From an uncultured Gemmatimonadales bacterium (GTDB lineage Bacteria; Gemmatimonadota; Glassbacteria; GWA2-58-10), in the NCBI GenBank assembly GCA_964548275.1, contig CAZJQI010000015.1:6842-70841 (forward strand): a DNA stretch of 64,000 bases, read 5' to 3'. The stretch's first letter is position 1, and the number at the start of each line of letters is the position of its first letter. The translations under genes were made by a program, and so were the position numbers. Below, one piece after another: positions 9,684-19,213 of the stretch. Below the pieces are notes generated by a model. The model did not search any database. It had not been told where the DNA came from and saw only the letters and a list, made by a program, of their open reading frames with translations.

Positions 9684-9890
9684 CGGAAGATCTCCTCTTC
9701 AGGCCGGAAATATGGGTACAATACTAGAAAAGTCGCTATCATTCGACGCAATTAACATACCAGACTGGATTCAGAGTCTCCGAAGAGATAATATGCCTGT
9801 TTTCATAAAGTTATACTGAACAGTGGGTTGAAGGCGGGTTATATTTTTCACTGAAGTCGAAAGGTAAAATCTACCGGAAAGGGGGGAATA

Positions 9891-11546
9891 TTATTCTTTA
9901 GCCGCCATCAGAACCAGGCCTTTATCAACTGCCAGAATATCAAGGGAGGGGAATTTCTGCGCAAGCTCATCCCGGTGTTTTTCACGGGTAATTACTGCCA
10001 ATGGCCCTGGCATATTAACTATGTCCTCAGCTTCGTCAGTTGCCTCCAGATATACGACAACTCTCCGCGAATAGAAGCTCAGCGCTGTTTTGCGGTACCT
10101 GTAGGCGGCCAGAGTGCCACTGTCGCCTAGCCAGGCACAGGCGCGCTCAGTCAGCCTTTTCTGCGGTTCCTGGCGGTGATTCGACACCAGGGGCAGGATG
10201 CTCAGGGCGATCAGCAAGGCAAAGAATGTCTGTCCCGCGGCTTGAAAAATAAAAGCTCCCCTGTGCCTGCGCCGAGTCAGTAAAACTAAAGCACCCAGCG
10301 GGCCGGAAATAAACGCCAAGGCGGTGAGAAGAGGCAGATTACCAAGCTCGAACGGCGCGATCTTATCCGCTCCAATAATTAAAAATACAGCCAGAGCAGC
10401 CGCTGCAAGTACACTCAGCAGGGCAGGCAAGAGAATAACACGGGAACAACTGCCGGACGGCGTGGGGGCAAGTTCGTGAAAGTAGCCGGCAATAAGAATT
10501 GCCAGGGGCGGGAGGGCGGGAGTTATGTATGTGGGCAGCTTGGCCCGGGAAAGGCTGAAAAAGAGAACTACCAGCACGCACCAGAGCAGCGGAAAGGTTG
10601 TTTTCCCGATTAAGGTACGTTCACTTTTCCACTGACCCTGGATGCGGCGCATTAGCCTGATTATCGCATGCACGGCAAAGATACTCCAGGGGTAGATACC
10701 AAGCAGAAGGCAGGGCAGGTAGTAGTAAAAAGGCTCGATATGCTGCCCGCCGGGAGCTACATCGCCGAAAAACCGCTGAAAGTTGTGCTGGATGATAAAT
10801 ACCCGGAAAAACTCAAACTCAGATCGCAGAGTTACAAGCACGTACCAGGGGAGGACAACCAGGCAGAGAACAATGACTCCGCCAGCAAACGGGATCCTGG
10901 CCAGGTTCTCGCGCGCCCTGCCGGAAACCAGGATATAAACAAAAGCAACTAATGCAGGCAGAACAAACCCCACCGGGCCCTTGGTAAGAACGGCCAGACC
11001 CGAGCAGGCGAACGAGCCGAGGTGGTAAAGCCTGCCCATTTTCTTATCTTCCGCGGCAGTGCCCAGATAGAATAGAACAAGGGTTGCACTCACGAAAAAG
11101 GCCAGATGCATATCCGTTATTGCCCAGCGGCCCAGGGCGATAAATTGCAGGCAGCAGGCTAGAATTGCCCCTGCAGCAAGCCCGGTTCCTGAGTTCCAGA
11201 GCCTGCCGGCCAGAAGGCAGGTCAGCAGTACCGTGCCCAGGGCTGTCAGGGCTGACGGAAATCGCGCTCCCCACTCGTTTATTCCGAACAGGTGGTAGCT
11301 AGCCGCGATCAGCCAGTAGCTCAGCGCAGGTTTTTCAAAACGGTAAGCACCGTTGAAAATCGGCAGCACGTAGTCCCCGGATTCGCTCATGTACCGCGCG
11401 GTCTCTGCATAGCGTGGCTCATCGACATCGAAAAGACGATATCCACCAAGATTGGTCAGGTAGAGCAGGCAACAGAATAGGCAGAGCACCGCATAACGGT
11501 GGACAACCAGAGTCCGGATGAAATGGTTTTCTCTTTCCAAGGGCAT
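9891..11546 (-). CDS. GT-C glycosyltransferase, ArnT/PMT_2 (GT83/GT39) family, polyprenyl-phosphate-sugar dependent
   Basis: 551 aa. N-terminal FDVDEPRYAETARYM...GDYVLPIFNGAYRFEKPALSYW is the characteristic ArnT/PMT_2 motif. About 12 transmembrane segments. C-terminal soluble domain. Confidence 0.75.
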   Translation of the reverse strand: MPLERENHFIRTLVVHRYAVLCLFCCLLYLTNLGGYRLFDVDEPRYAETARYMSESGDYVLPIFNGAYRFEKPALSYWLIAASYHLFGINEWGARFPSALTALGTVLLTCLLAGRLWNSGTGLAAGAILACCLQFIALGRWAITDMHLAFFVSATLVLFYLGTAAEDKKMGRLYHLGSFACSGLAVLTKGPVGFVLPALVAFVYILVSGRARENLARIPFAGGVIVLCLVVLPWYVLVTLRSEFEFFRVFIIQHNFQRFFGDVAPGGQHIEPFYYYLPCLLLGIYPWSIFAVHAIIRLMRRIQGQWKSERTLIGKTTFPLLWCVLVVLFFSLSRAKLPTYITPALPPLAILIAGYFHELAPTPSGSCSRVILLPALLSVLAAAALAVFLIIGADKIAPFELGNLPLLTALAFISGPLGALVLLTRRRHRGAFIFQAAGQTFFALLIALSILPLVSNHRQEPQKRLTERACAWLGDSGTLAAYRYRKTALSFYSRRVVVYLEATDEAEDIVNMPGPLAVITREKHRDELAQKFPSLDILAVDKGLVLMAAKE

Positions 11547-11646
11547 TTCCCATGATTGATTTTATCGATCAGATAATAAAAATTAGCGAGTCATCGGCTG
11601 CTCTGTCAATGACCAAAGAGTGGGCGGGAACAGCCGCCTGGGCTGC

Positions 11647-11675
11647 TTGACATTTGTTATGTGGTAGGGTATATT
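11647..11675 (+). promoter_or_regulatory. canonical sigma70-type promoter (TTGACA-N17-TATATT) for the msbA-like operon
   Basis: Exact TTGACA, a 17 nt spacer, then TATATT, about 55 nt upstream of the GTG start at 11729. In the divergent region shared with the ArnT-like gene. Confidence 0.5.
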
Positions 11676-11728
11676 CTTATAATTATTGCAATTATGAAAA
11701 TTTAAGAAAATTTTTAAAGGTCTAACCG

Positions 11729-13558
11729 GTGAAAGAATACTGGCGTTTGCTGGCTTACCTGAAACCTTACTGGTTCCGGCTAACATTCACAGTTTTTAGT
11801 GTGGTGAGTTTCTCTGTGCTGGATGGGGCGAGCATGGCCCTTTCCGTCCCTTTACTGAAAGTACTGTTCGAAAGCGGGCAGTCGGCAGGAGATGCTGCCG
11901 GGGTACAGGCGAAGGGCTTTTTCGATAAGTTCGAATTCCTCAGACAGATCCAGGCCCGGATTCTCGAAGGCGGCCCGCTCGAGGTTCTGAGCCGGATCGT
12001 GGTTTTGATCCTCCTGATATTTTTGCTCAAAAACCTCTTCGACTACCTTCAGCGCTTCCTTAGCCGCTCTCTGGAGCAACTGGCCGTCCGGGATTTGCGC
12101 AATGAAATTTTCAGCCACCTGAACAGCCTTTCACTCAGCTTCTTTCACAAGAACAAAACAGGGCAGCTCATTTCTTGCATGTCCAATGATGTCAGCACCG
12201 TGCGGGCGGTGCTCACCGACAGCTTCTCGAAAATCCTTCTCTCCGGCTGCCAGATCGTCGTTTATCTGGGCTTGCTGTTTATGTTGAGCTGGAAACTGAC
12301 CCTGATGGTCTTTGTCTTGATCCCGCCGATGGCCTTGCTGGTGACCTGGGTGGCGAAAAAATTGCGGCGGAAAAACCTCTGGCTACAGAACGCCCTGGGC
12401 GAGATAACCTCCATTTTCCAGGAAACTGTCAGCGGTATCCGCGTGGTGAAAGCATTCGGTATGGAGAATTTCGAACGGGCCAAGTTCCGCTCCGAGACTC
12501 AGAACTACTACAGGCAGTTCATGCGCACCAACAGGTACGCCTCTCTCAGTTCCCCCCTGACAGAGACTCTGATGACCATGGTGGGAGGAATTTTTCTGCT
12601 TTACGGCGGCCGCCAGGTGCTCGCCGCACAGATGCCCGCTCATGATTTCTTCTTTTTCCTGATAGTCAGCCTGAGAATCATGTCGCCGGTGAAAGCCTTC
12701 GGCAACTTTAACGACATCCTTCAGCAGGGCCTGGCTTCCTGCGACAGGATTTTCAGGATCCTCGACACCAGGCCGAAAGTCACCGACAGGCCGGATGCGC
12801 TCCCCAAGACCTCGTTCGAAAGATCCATCCGCTATAAAGGGGTCACGTTCGGCTACAACGAGGGAGTGCCCGTGCTGAAAGATATCAACCTCGAGATAAA
12901 AAAGGGCGAGGCTGTTGCCCTGGTCGGTCCGAGCGGCGCTGGCAAATCCACCCTGGTCGACCTGATTCCACGCTTCTATGACGTCTGGCAGGGCAGGATC
13001 CTGATCGATGGCCGCGATATCCGGGATTACCGCATCGCCGGTCTTCGCAGCCTGATCGGTATCGTGACCCAGGAGACTATACTGTTCAACGATACAGTGC
13101 GCAATAATATCGCCTACGGAATGAAAGAGATGCCCCTGGAGCGGGTGATAAAGGCGGCCAAAGCAGCCAACGCCCACGAGTTTATTCAGGCCATGGACAA
13201 TGGCTACCATGCGGTTATCGGCGAAAGAGGATCACGGCTTTCCGGTGGGCAGCGCCAACGGATCGCAATCGCCAGGGCGATTCTCAAGAACCCGGATATC
13301 CTGATTTTCGACGAGGCGACTTCATCCCTTGACACAGAAAGCGAACTTCTGGTGCAGCAGGCAATCGAGCACCTGATGAAAAACCGTACCAGCCTGGTTA
13401 TCGCTCACCGCCTGTCCACGATCCAGCACTGCGACAGAATAATTGTCATCAATGAAGGCAGGATCGTCCAGACCGGTAGCCATCTGGACCTTCACCGCCG
13501 GGACGGCCTCTACCGGCGGCTTTACGAGTTGCAATTTCAAACAACCAGCACAGCTTAA
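11729..13558 (+). CDS. ABC transporter permease/ATPase fusion, MsbA-like lipid exporter
   Basis: 609 aa with six N-terminal transmembrane segments. Walker A GPSGAGKST, signature LSGGQRQR, Walker B ILIFDEATS. GTG start. Confidence 0.8.
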   Translation: MKEYWRLLAYLKPYWFRLTFTVFSVVSFSVLDGASMALSVPLLKVLFESGQSAGDAAGVQAKGFFDKFEFLRQIQARILEGGPLEVLSRIVVLILLIFLLKNLFDYLQRFLSRSLEQLAVRDLRNEIFSHLNSLSLSFFHKNKTGQLISCMSNDVSTVRAVLTDSFSKILLSGCQIVVYLGLLFMLSWKLTLMVFVLIPPMALLVTWVAKKLRRKNLWLQNALGEITSIFQETVSGIRVVKAFGMENFERAKFRSETQNYYRQFMRTNRYASLSSPLTETLMTMVGGIFLLYGGRQVLAAQMPAHDFFFFLIVSLRIMSPVKAFGNFNDILQQGLASCDRIFRILDTRPKVTDRPDALPKTSFERSIRYKGVTFGYNEGVPVLKDINLEIKKGEAVALVGPSGAGKSTLVDLIPRFYDVWQGRILIDGRDIRDYRIAGLRSLIGIVTQETILFNDTVRNNIAYGMKEMPLERVIKAAKAANAHEFIQAMDNGYHAVIGERGSRLSGGQRQRIAIARAILKNPDILIFDEATSSLDTESELLVQQAIEHLMKNRTSLVIAHRLSTIQHCDRIIVINEGRIVQTGSHLDLHRRDGLYRRLYELQFQTTSTA

Positions 13559-13560
13559 CT

Positions 13561-14391
13561 ATGAAACCGGTCATCTATTTTTACCTCCCCGTGTTCAACG
13601 AACAGGACACAGTAGGAGTTTTTCTTTACCGCCTGAGCGAGGTGATGAAAAATCTCAAGCTGGGGTACGAGGTTTTTATTACCCTGGATGGATGTACTGA
13701 CGACTCCGCCGAAGTGGTAGAGCCCTACATGCGAAGAATGCCGCTGCGGGTCACTCACAACCAGCCTAGAGTGGGTTACGGAAAGTCTCTTTACGAGACG
13801 ATCAGGAAAGTGCTCGCTAAAAGCAGCAATCCCAAAAGAGACTTTTTCCTGGTCCTGGACGCTGATTTTACTTACAACACTGGTGTACTGAATCAAATAT
13901 CGGCCCAGATAGAGCGCAATGTGGACATTCTTTTCCCGAACCGTTCCAGCGGCCGGATGAAAGGTGTCGCAGTTGCCAGAAGGATCGCGCACAAGCTGGC
14001 CCGCCCCATTTTGCGTTTCCGCGGTATTGAAGTGGAAGTAAATTCTGACCTGCTGGCCACTTTCAGGGGCTGCCGGGTTCAGCTTTTACGCCGCAACATG
14101 GCTCGCCTCAAGGCGCTCGCTGAAATGGGCCCGAAAATATCGCCCGCTGCCTGTACAGCCGTTTTTTCCGTTGCCCTGATGAATGATGCAAGAAGCTTTG
14201 GGTTGATAGACTTGGACGATAGAAAACTGCGCCGCCGCAAGAGCCGCTTCAAACTTTTCAGCCTCCTGCGGTTTCTTCTCTTCAGCAGGGAAATTGCCGC
14301 AGCCGCTGCCGAAATAGAACAGCAGCCAGCCAAACCTCGTCAGCCAAGGAGATATTCGAATAAAAAGGGAGAACGTTCGTCCAAAATTTAA
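13561..14391 (+). CDS. GT2 glycosyltransferase, polyprenyl-phosphate sugar synthase-like (DPM1/ArnC/GtrB-like) with K/R-rich C-terminal tail
   Basis: LPVFNE, DGCTDDS and LDADFTYN motifs of GT2 family polyprenyl-P-sugar synthases. Start overlaps the msbA-like stop by spacing (3 nt gap). C-terminus RRRKSRFKLFSLLRFLLFSREIAAAAAEIEQQ. Confidence 0.65.
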   Translation: MKPVIYFYLPVFNEQDTVGVFLYRLSEVMKNLKLGYEVFITLDGCTDDSAEVVEPYMRRMPLRVTHNQPRVGYGKSLYETIRKVLAKSSNPKRDFFLVLDADFTYNTGVLNQISAQIERNVDILFPNRSSGRMKGVAVARRIAHKLARPILRFRGIEVEVNSDLLATFRGCRVQLLRRNMARLKALAEMGPKISPAACTAVFSVALMNDARSFGLIDLDDRKLRRRKSRFKLFSLLRFLLFSREIAAAAAEIEQQPAKPRQPRRYSNKKGERSSKI

Positions 14392-14462
14392 ACCAGCAGA
14401 AAATAGAAACCCCGCGGTTTATTTCCTTTGCAGTTTATCAATTACAAGACAGGGACGATAGA

Positions 14463-15227
14463 TTGTCTTTAAAAGTGGCGAAATTGTTCTTCCTTTTTCT
14501 TTTTTCAGTTATCCTCCCAATCAAGGGCAACGCCCAGCAGGCGGACTCTATCCCCCGGGTTCCTTACCGGGTCGGCGAGGAGTTGAATTTCTCGGTGAAC
14601 TGGACTGTGGGCAATATCGGCACTGCTTACATGCATGTCGCCGCTATCGACAGCTTCCGCGCGAATCTGTGTTACAGGATCGAAGCAGGGGCAATATCCA
14701 ATAAGACACTCGATCTGTTTTATCCTGTGCGGGATTATTTTTTCTCCCTGATCGACACGCGCAAGCTGTTCACCCGGAAATTTATCAAGCGCCAGAAAGA
14801 GGGCAAAACCAGGCGCCACCGGGAGCTGATCTACGACCAGGAGACCGGCATCCGCTTCGACCTGGTCAGTGGGGACACAGTGGAAATCGTGCCCGAGGCG
14901 CAGGATGAACTCTCGATTTTTTACTATTTCAGGACACTCGACCTCGAGGTGGGCCAGGGAATCCTTCTGGAGAATTTTGTGGACAAGCACGGCAACCCGC
15001 TCAAGGTTGCGGTCCATCGCACCGAATGGGTGGAGGTTCCCGCAGGGCGCTTTTTCTGCTTTGTGGTTGAGCCCTTTCTCAAGAAAGGCGGGCTTTTCAA
15101 ACACAAAGGGAACCTGCTGGTCTGGATAACCAACGATAAGAACCGGATTCCGGTCAAGGTGACCAGCCAACTCGATTTCGGCCAGATCGTTGTGATGCTC
15201 GAATCTTTCACTCTCGGAAAAAGCTAG
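14463..15227 (+). CDS. DUF3108 domain protein (YmcC-like, secreted)
   Basis: 254 aa, signal peptide. GEELNFSVNW...G.AG pattern typical of DUF3108. Track start is TTG; a GTG alternative is at 14475. Confidence 0.6.
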   Translation: MSLKVAKLFFLFLFSVILPIKGNAQQADSIPRVPYRVGEELNFSVNWTVGNIGTAYMHVAAIDSFRANLCYRIEAGAISNKTLDLFYPVRDYFFSLIDTRKLFTRKFIKRQKEGKTRRHRELIYDQETGIRFDLVSGDTVEIVPEAQDELSIFYYFRTLDLEVGQGILLENFVDKHGNPLKVAVHRTEWVEVPAGRFFCFVVEPFLKKGGLFKHKGNLLVWITNDKNRIPVKVTSQLDFGQIVVMLESFTLGKS

Positions 15228-15247
15228 CTTAAAAGGAGAAACCGCTG

Positions 15248-16195
15248 TTGCCTGGCCGTTATCCCAGAATCAGCCGTAAGAAAGTACGCACAAAATCCAT
15301 CACTGAGCGGTCACACAAGGTCCAGGTGGAGGATTTCGCCGATCTTGAGGCCGCTGCATTCCTCGATTGCCTCCCGGACCAGCTTAAAGCAGCCGACTGG
15401 AAAGCTTTCTGCTCAAGCCTTGCCTCTGCATTCAGGCAGGGATTGCCTGTGATTGCCATGATGGGCGCACACGTGGTCAAGGTGGGCTGCTCGCCGGTGA
15501 TTATCGACTGGGTTAGAAAGGGAGCCTTGAGTGCAGTGGCGTTCAACGGGGCCACAGCGATCCACGATGCTGAGATCGCCATGTGGGGAGCAACCAGCGA
15601 GGATGTGGAGCAGGGCCTGGCTGACGGCAGTTTCGGCATGGTGGAGGAGACTCCCGAGCTGTTCGCAGCAGCATCGAGCCGGGCTGCTGAGAACGATCTG
15701 GGACTCGGCGAGGCCCTGGGCGCAGAGCTCACCCGAAGAAAAGCGCCCAACGCCGGTTCCAGCATCCTCTGCGCCTGCTACGAGCACGGCGTTCCGCTGT
15801 CCGTGCACGTGGCTATCGGCACGGACACGGTCCACCAGCACCCTGCTCTTAACGGAGCAAAGCTGGGCGCTGCCACCATGATTGATTTCGAGATTTTTAC
15901 AGCCGCAGTGGCAAAGCTCGTGCCCGGCTCTGTTGTAATGAATCTAGGCTCCGCGGTGATCCTGCCCGAGGTTTTTCTCAAGGCCCTCACCCTGGCGCGC
16001 AATCTCGGCCACACCTGTAACGGTATCATCGCAGCCGATTTCAGCATGATCCAGCAGTATCGCCCCACTGTCAACGTAGTGGGCCGCCCCACCCGCACCG
16101 GCGGCGGCAAGGGATACACCTTCATCGGCCACCACGAGATTCTTCTGCCGCTATTGCACCGCTGTGTGGGGGAAGAACTTTCCAAATTTGATTAA
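15248..16195 (+). CDS. deoxyhypusine synthase-like family protein
   Basis: 315 aa. Segments (PVIAMMGAHVVKVGC...NGATAIHDAE; VAIGTDTVHQHP) resemble the DHS NAD-binding core (TSNLISSG...TTAGGVEED; GGGVVKHH) recalled from memory. Track start is TTG. Confidence 0.4.
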   Translation: MPGRYPRISRKKVRTKSITERSHKVQVEDFADLEAAAFLDCLPDQLKAADWKAFCSSLASAFRQGLPVIAMMGAHVVKVGCSPVIIDWVRKGALSAVAFNGATAIHDAEIAMWGATSEDVEQGLADGSFGMVEETPELFAAASSRAAENDLGLGEALGAELTRRKAPNAGSSILCACYEHGVPLSVHVAIGTDTVHQHPALNGAKLGAATMIDFEIFTAAVAKLVPGSVVMNLGSAVILPEVFLKALTLARNLGHTCNGIIAADFSMIQQYRPTVNVVGRPTRTGGGKGYTFIGHHEILLPLLHRCVGEELSKFD

Positions 16196-16282
16196 ATAAG
16201 AAATATTAATTGATATTTAAAACATTATTTTTTTCTTAAATTTTTAAGGATCAATATTATCTTCTCTAAAGGATACAATCTT

Positions 16283-16984
16283 ATGGATGAAGAATGGATT
16301 ATAAGAGTTGAGGGACGTAACCTCAAATTCAAAAGAGAAACTCTTTTAAACTACGCTATGAACCGTTGGGCATTAAACAAAGCGCATAGTGTTGGGCCAA
16401 CTTCTGAATTAATAAGGAAATGTGCACCAAAAAGTTTTGAAGTATGGGAGAATTTTTACTTTGAAAATGCTGTGCAGAAAAAAAAGGATGGCCTCAAAAT
16501 TAATAGGGAATATTTAATAGATTCGGGTAGAAAACTCTATGTAAAATTAACAGAAGTAGTTCATAGTGAACTTTCTGGTATCCAAGAAAAAGAATGTATA
16601 GATTATGCCTATAATTTAGTCTTGAATAGAACATATGAAGGATATCTTTCAGAAATAGATACAATATATGGACAATTGGAAGAAATTTTAAAGGTAAAAA
16701 TACGACCGGCCCCTGATGAATGGGACAGGATTTATAATGTAGACTTTTTTATAAAAATAAATGATAAATGCTTGGGTCTTCAGATAAAGCCAATAACATC
16801 AGGAATTGCTTTAAATCAATATCAATGGGATAAAATGCATGAGGACAGCCATAGGAGATTTACAGAAAAATATAGTGGAAAAGTTTTTTTCATTTATTCA
16901 GTGAAATCTGGGGATAAGAAAAAAATCTATAATACAGAAGTTATTGAAGAAATAGAAGCAGAAATTATTAGATTAAAAAGTTAA
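16283..16984 (+). CDS. putative Type II restriction endonuclease
   Basis: 233 aa, about 30% GC, convergent with and 26 bp from an amino-MTase. Candidate PD-(D/E)xK region NVDFFIKINDK...LQIKP. AAGGA Shine-Dalgarno sequence before the ATG. Confidence 0.5.
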   Translation: MDEEWIIRVEGRNLKFKRETLLNYAMNRWALNKAHSVGPTSELIRKCAPKSFEVWENFYFENAVQKKKDGLKINREYLIDSGRKLYVKLTEVVHSELSGIQEKECIDYAYNLVLNRTYEGYLSEIDTIYGQLEEILKVKIRPAPDEWDRIYNVDFFIKINDKCLGLQIKPITSGIALNQYQWDKMHEDSHRRFTEKYSGKVFFIYSVKSGDKKKIYNTEVIEEIEAEIIRLKS

Positions 16985-17010
16985 TTTCACTTCATTTTTA
17001 TAATCTATAG

Positions 17011-18204
17011 TTAATCGGAGAATAGTATTCGTTGAGAAGCTTTAAAGGTTTCCTGATTTAGTCTTTTTCTATTTGATTTTAAGGAAAAATTATTGATTTT
17101 GAACATATCAGAATCTTCTTTGCCTGATTCTGAAATCCAAACTCCAAAAGATTTTTTCTCGGGCTTTTCACGATAAGTTACTTCGAAAACGTCTTTATCG
17201 ACTTTCTTAACTTCTTTTAATTCATTTAATATAAGCTCTTTTTCTTGTCTTGTCATAACAGGGAAGCCATAATAGATATTTTCATATTTAAATGACCCTT
17301 TATTACTAATCCAATATTCTGCAAAATCAATATGTTTTTTTATTCGATTTAAAATATAACTATTTGAAAAATTTACTATATGTCTATTTATGTCTAGTAT
17401 TATATCACGGAAATTGACATCTATCTCAAAACCTATGCTATTTCTACCTGAAGCCATGGAAGCAGCAAGGGTTGTTCCTGTACCTAAGAAAGGATCAAGT
17501 ACGAAGTCTCCTTTAACTGATAACATATTGATTATTCTATAAGCTAATTCAAAAGGGTATGCCGCACTTCTTAATCGGGAGTTATTGTTAACTATTTTTT
17601 GTTGTGTTCCTTTAATATCCATCCAAACATCTGAAAACCATACATTTCTCTCTTCCCAGAAAATAGCACTTTCTCGTCTTTTTCTTTTATTTTCTTCTTT
17701 TTTAAATTCTCTTTTTTTACCTTTTCTGAATATAAGAAGATATTCATGCTCAAGTGTTACGTATGCACCAGCCGGTAACATACCTGAGCCCATGAATTTA
17801 TTTGGTGCGTTTGTTTGTTTTCTCCACAAAATATCTGGAAGAACATGAAATCCTTTTTTCAATAGATAATTCAATATTCTTGAATGATTTGGAAATAGTT
17901 GGAAATCGCCGTTTATTGTTCTCGTTGCATCTCCTATATTTATGCATAAAAATCCTCCATTTTTTAAAACGCGGTAACATTCATTCCATATTTTATCCAA
18001 AATTTCATGCATAAAGTTAAATGATTGGATGCCATTTTTTTTATTCAGAGAATCTTTTATAGCAGGGTTTTGATAAATGAATATTTCATCCCACATTTCA
18101 ATCATAGGATAGGGCGGGGAAGTCATTATTAAGTCCACACTATTATCTGGCAATGAATCCATATGGTTAGAATTAGTTAACAAAACTTTATGTGTAGTAT
18201 TCAT
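17011..18204 (-). CDS. DNA N4-cytosine or N6-adenine methyltransferase (N6_N4_Mtase family, beta class)
   Basis: 397 aa. Motif IV DLIMTSPPY precedes motif I VLDPFLGTGTT. About 140 aa extra C-terminal domain. AT-rich. Confidence 0.8.
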   Translation of the reverse strand: MNTTHKVLLTNSNHMDSLPDNSVDLIMTSPPYPMIEMWDEIFIYQNPAIKDSLNKKNGIQSFNFMHEILDKIWNECYRVLKNGGFLCINIGDATRTINGDFQLFPNHSRILNYLLKKGFHVLPDILWRKQTNAPNKFMGSGMLPAGAYVTLEHEYLLIFRKGKKREFKKEENKRKRRESAIFWEERNVWFSDVWMDIKGTQQKIVNNNSRLRSAAYPFELAYRIINMLSVKGDFVLDPFLGTGTTLAASMASGRNSIGFEIDVNFRDIILDINRHIVNFSNSYILNRIKKHIDFAEYWISNKGSFKYENIYYGFPVMTRQEKELILNELKEVKKVDKDVFEVTYREKPEKKSFGVWISESGKEDSDMFKINNFSLKSNRKRLNQETFKASQRILFSD

Positions 18205-18351
18205 TTCTTTTTTCTACTGTTGTCCTATTGTGAGAAAGAATAATAATCAGGAGATAAGAGTCTTTCACACATCAATTAGGTTTTTCATATTATAAAATAC
18301 TTTCAATTTTTTTCTCGTCAAGCTGACATATAAATTTTCTACGAAATATAT

Positions 18352-19116
18352 TCAGTGCCCCAGCCTGCGGAAATGAAGGAAAGCCTCGATCTGCGCGCGC
18401 TCTGAGCGGGTGAGCACCCCGTCAGAGTCCACGTAAAGGCCGTTGTGCTTGCGGGCCAGGTGCTTGGCTAAAATATTCTTGCTGCAGAATGTCTGGGCGA
18501 AAAATATCGTGGGTACACCAAGGGGCACAAAACATTCCAGCTCCAGGTCCGCAGGGGTGCGGTTCTCGAAACAGCGCAGCCAGCCCAGAAGTTGGGTTCC
18601 GGGAGGAAAAAGCTCGTAGATTGCTTCATCCGCACACGGGACGCCCCAGAACGCAGCAGGCGGTGCCGGGCAGGGGCGAAGGCCGGACTTGTCCACAGGC
18701 GAGATAATATCGTCCAGGATCAGGCTCACCTTTTCAGCTAACGGCAGGTCGCTGTCGCAGATCGGCGCGCCGGCAGGCTTGGTGCTGTCGTTCTGCGTTC
18801 TGATCAGCCGCACCTCCGGCACCCTGTCCTCGATAACATTTCCCAGGAAACGGGCGTTGTCGCACTTACTGTAGCCGTCATCGAATATTATCACCTCGGG
18901 CTTGAGCGCCAAGGTGTTGGCCAGTATCCGCTGGATGATGGCGCAGGCGTTCACAGGCAGCATCTCTTTCGCCTCGGTGAGCGATACTCCCGGCTGCCTG
19001 TTGTCCAGGTCCATCAGTTCGGCGTTCCTGTAGCGCGCCATTATTGCTTGCGACGGACAGCCGATAAAACCCACCAGTTTTCTGCCTTTCCCAGATTTAT
19101 GTTCCGTATTGCCCAT
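18352..19116 (-). CDS. cysteine-rich hypothetical protein (possibly distantly HgdB/2-hydroxyacyl-CoA-dehydratase-like)
   Basis: GC-rich (native-like) reading frame with 9+ Cys. Start chosen at MGNTEHK (ATG 19116). The track's longest ORF extends to 19227 (MNGSRIHLF...) and would overlap the NYN gene by 14 nt. Confidence 0.45.
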   Translation of the reverse strand: MGNTEHKSGKGRKLVGFIGCPSQAIMARYRNAELMDLDNRQPGVSLTEAKEMLPVNACAIIQRILANTLALKPEVIIFDDGYSKCDNARFLGNVIEDRVPEVRLIRTQNDSTKPAGAPICDSDLPLAEKVSLILDDIISPVDKSGLRPCPAPPAAFWGVPCADEAIYELFPPGTQLLGWLRCFENRTPADLELECFVPLGVPTIFFAQTFCSKNILAKHLARKHNGLYVDSDGVLTRSERAQIEAFLHFRRLGH

Positions 19117-19213
19117 CAAAGGAATCCTTATGTTTTTCAGATTCGGGGTGAGGTGCGTCAGTAGCGCTGGAGCTGATTGTGAAATATATATGTCCAAGGC
19201 GAAAAGGTGGATT

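Noticed and set aside
12383-13210. 275 aa minus-strand ORF inside the msbA-like gene
   Set aside because: Overlaps the ABC ATPase domain with canonical Walker motifs on the plus strand.
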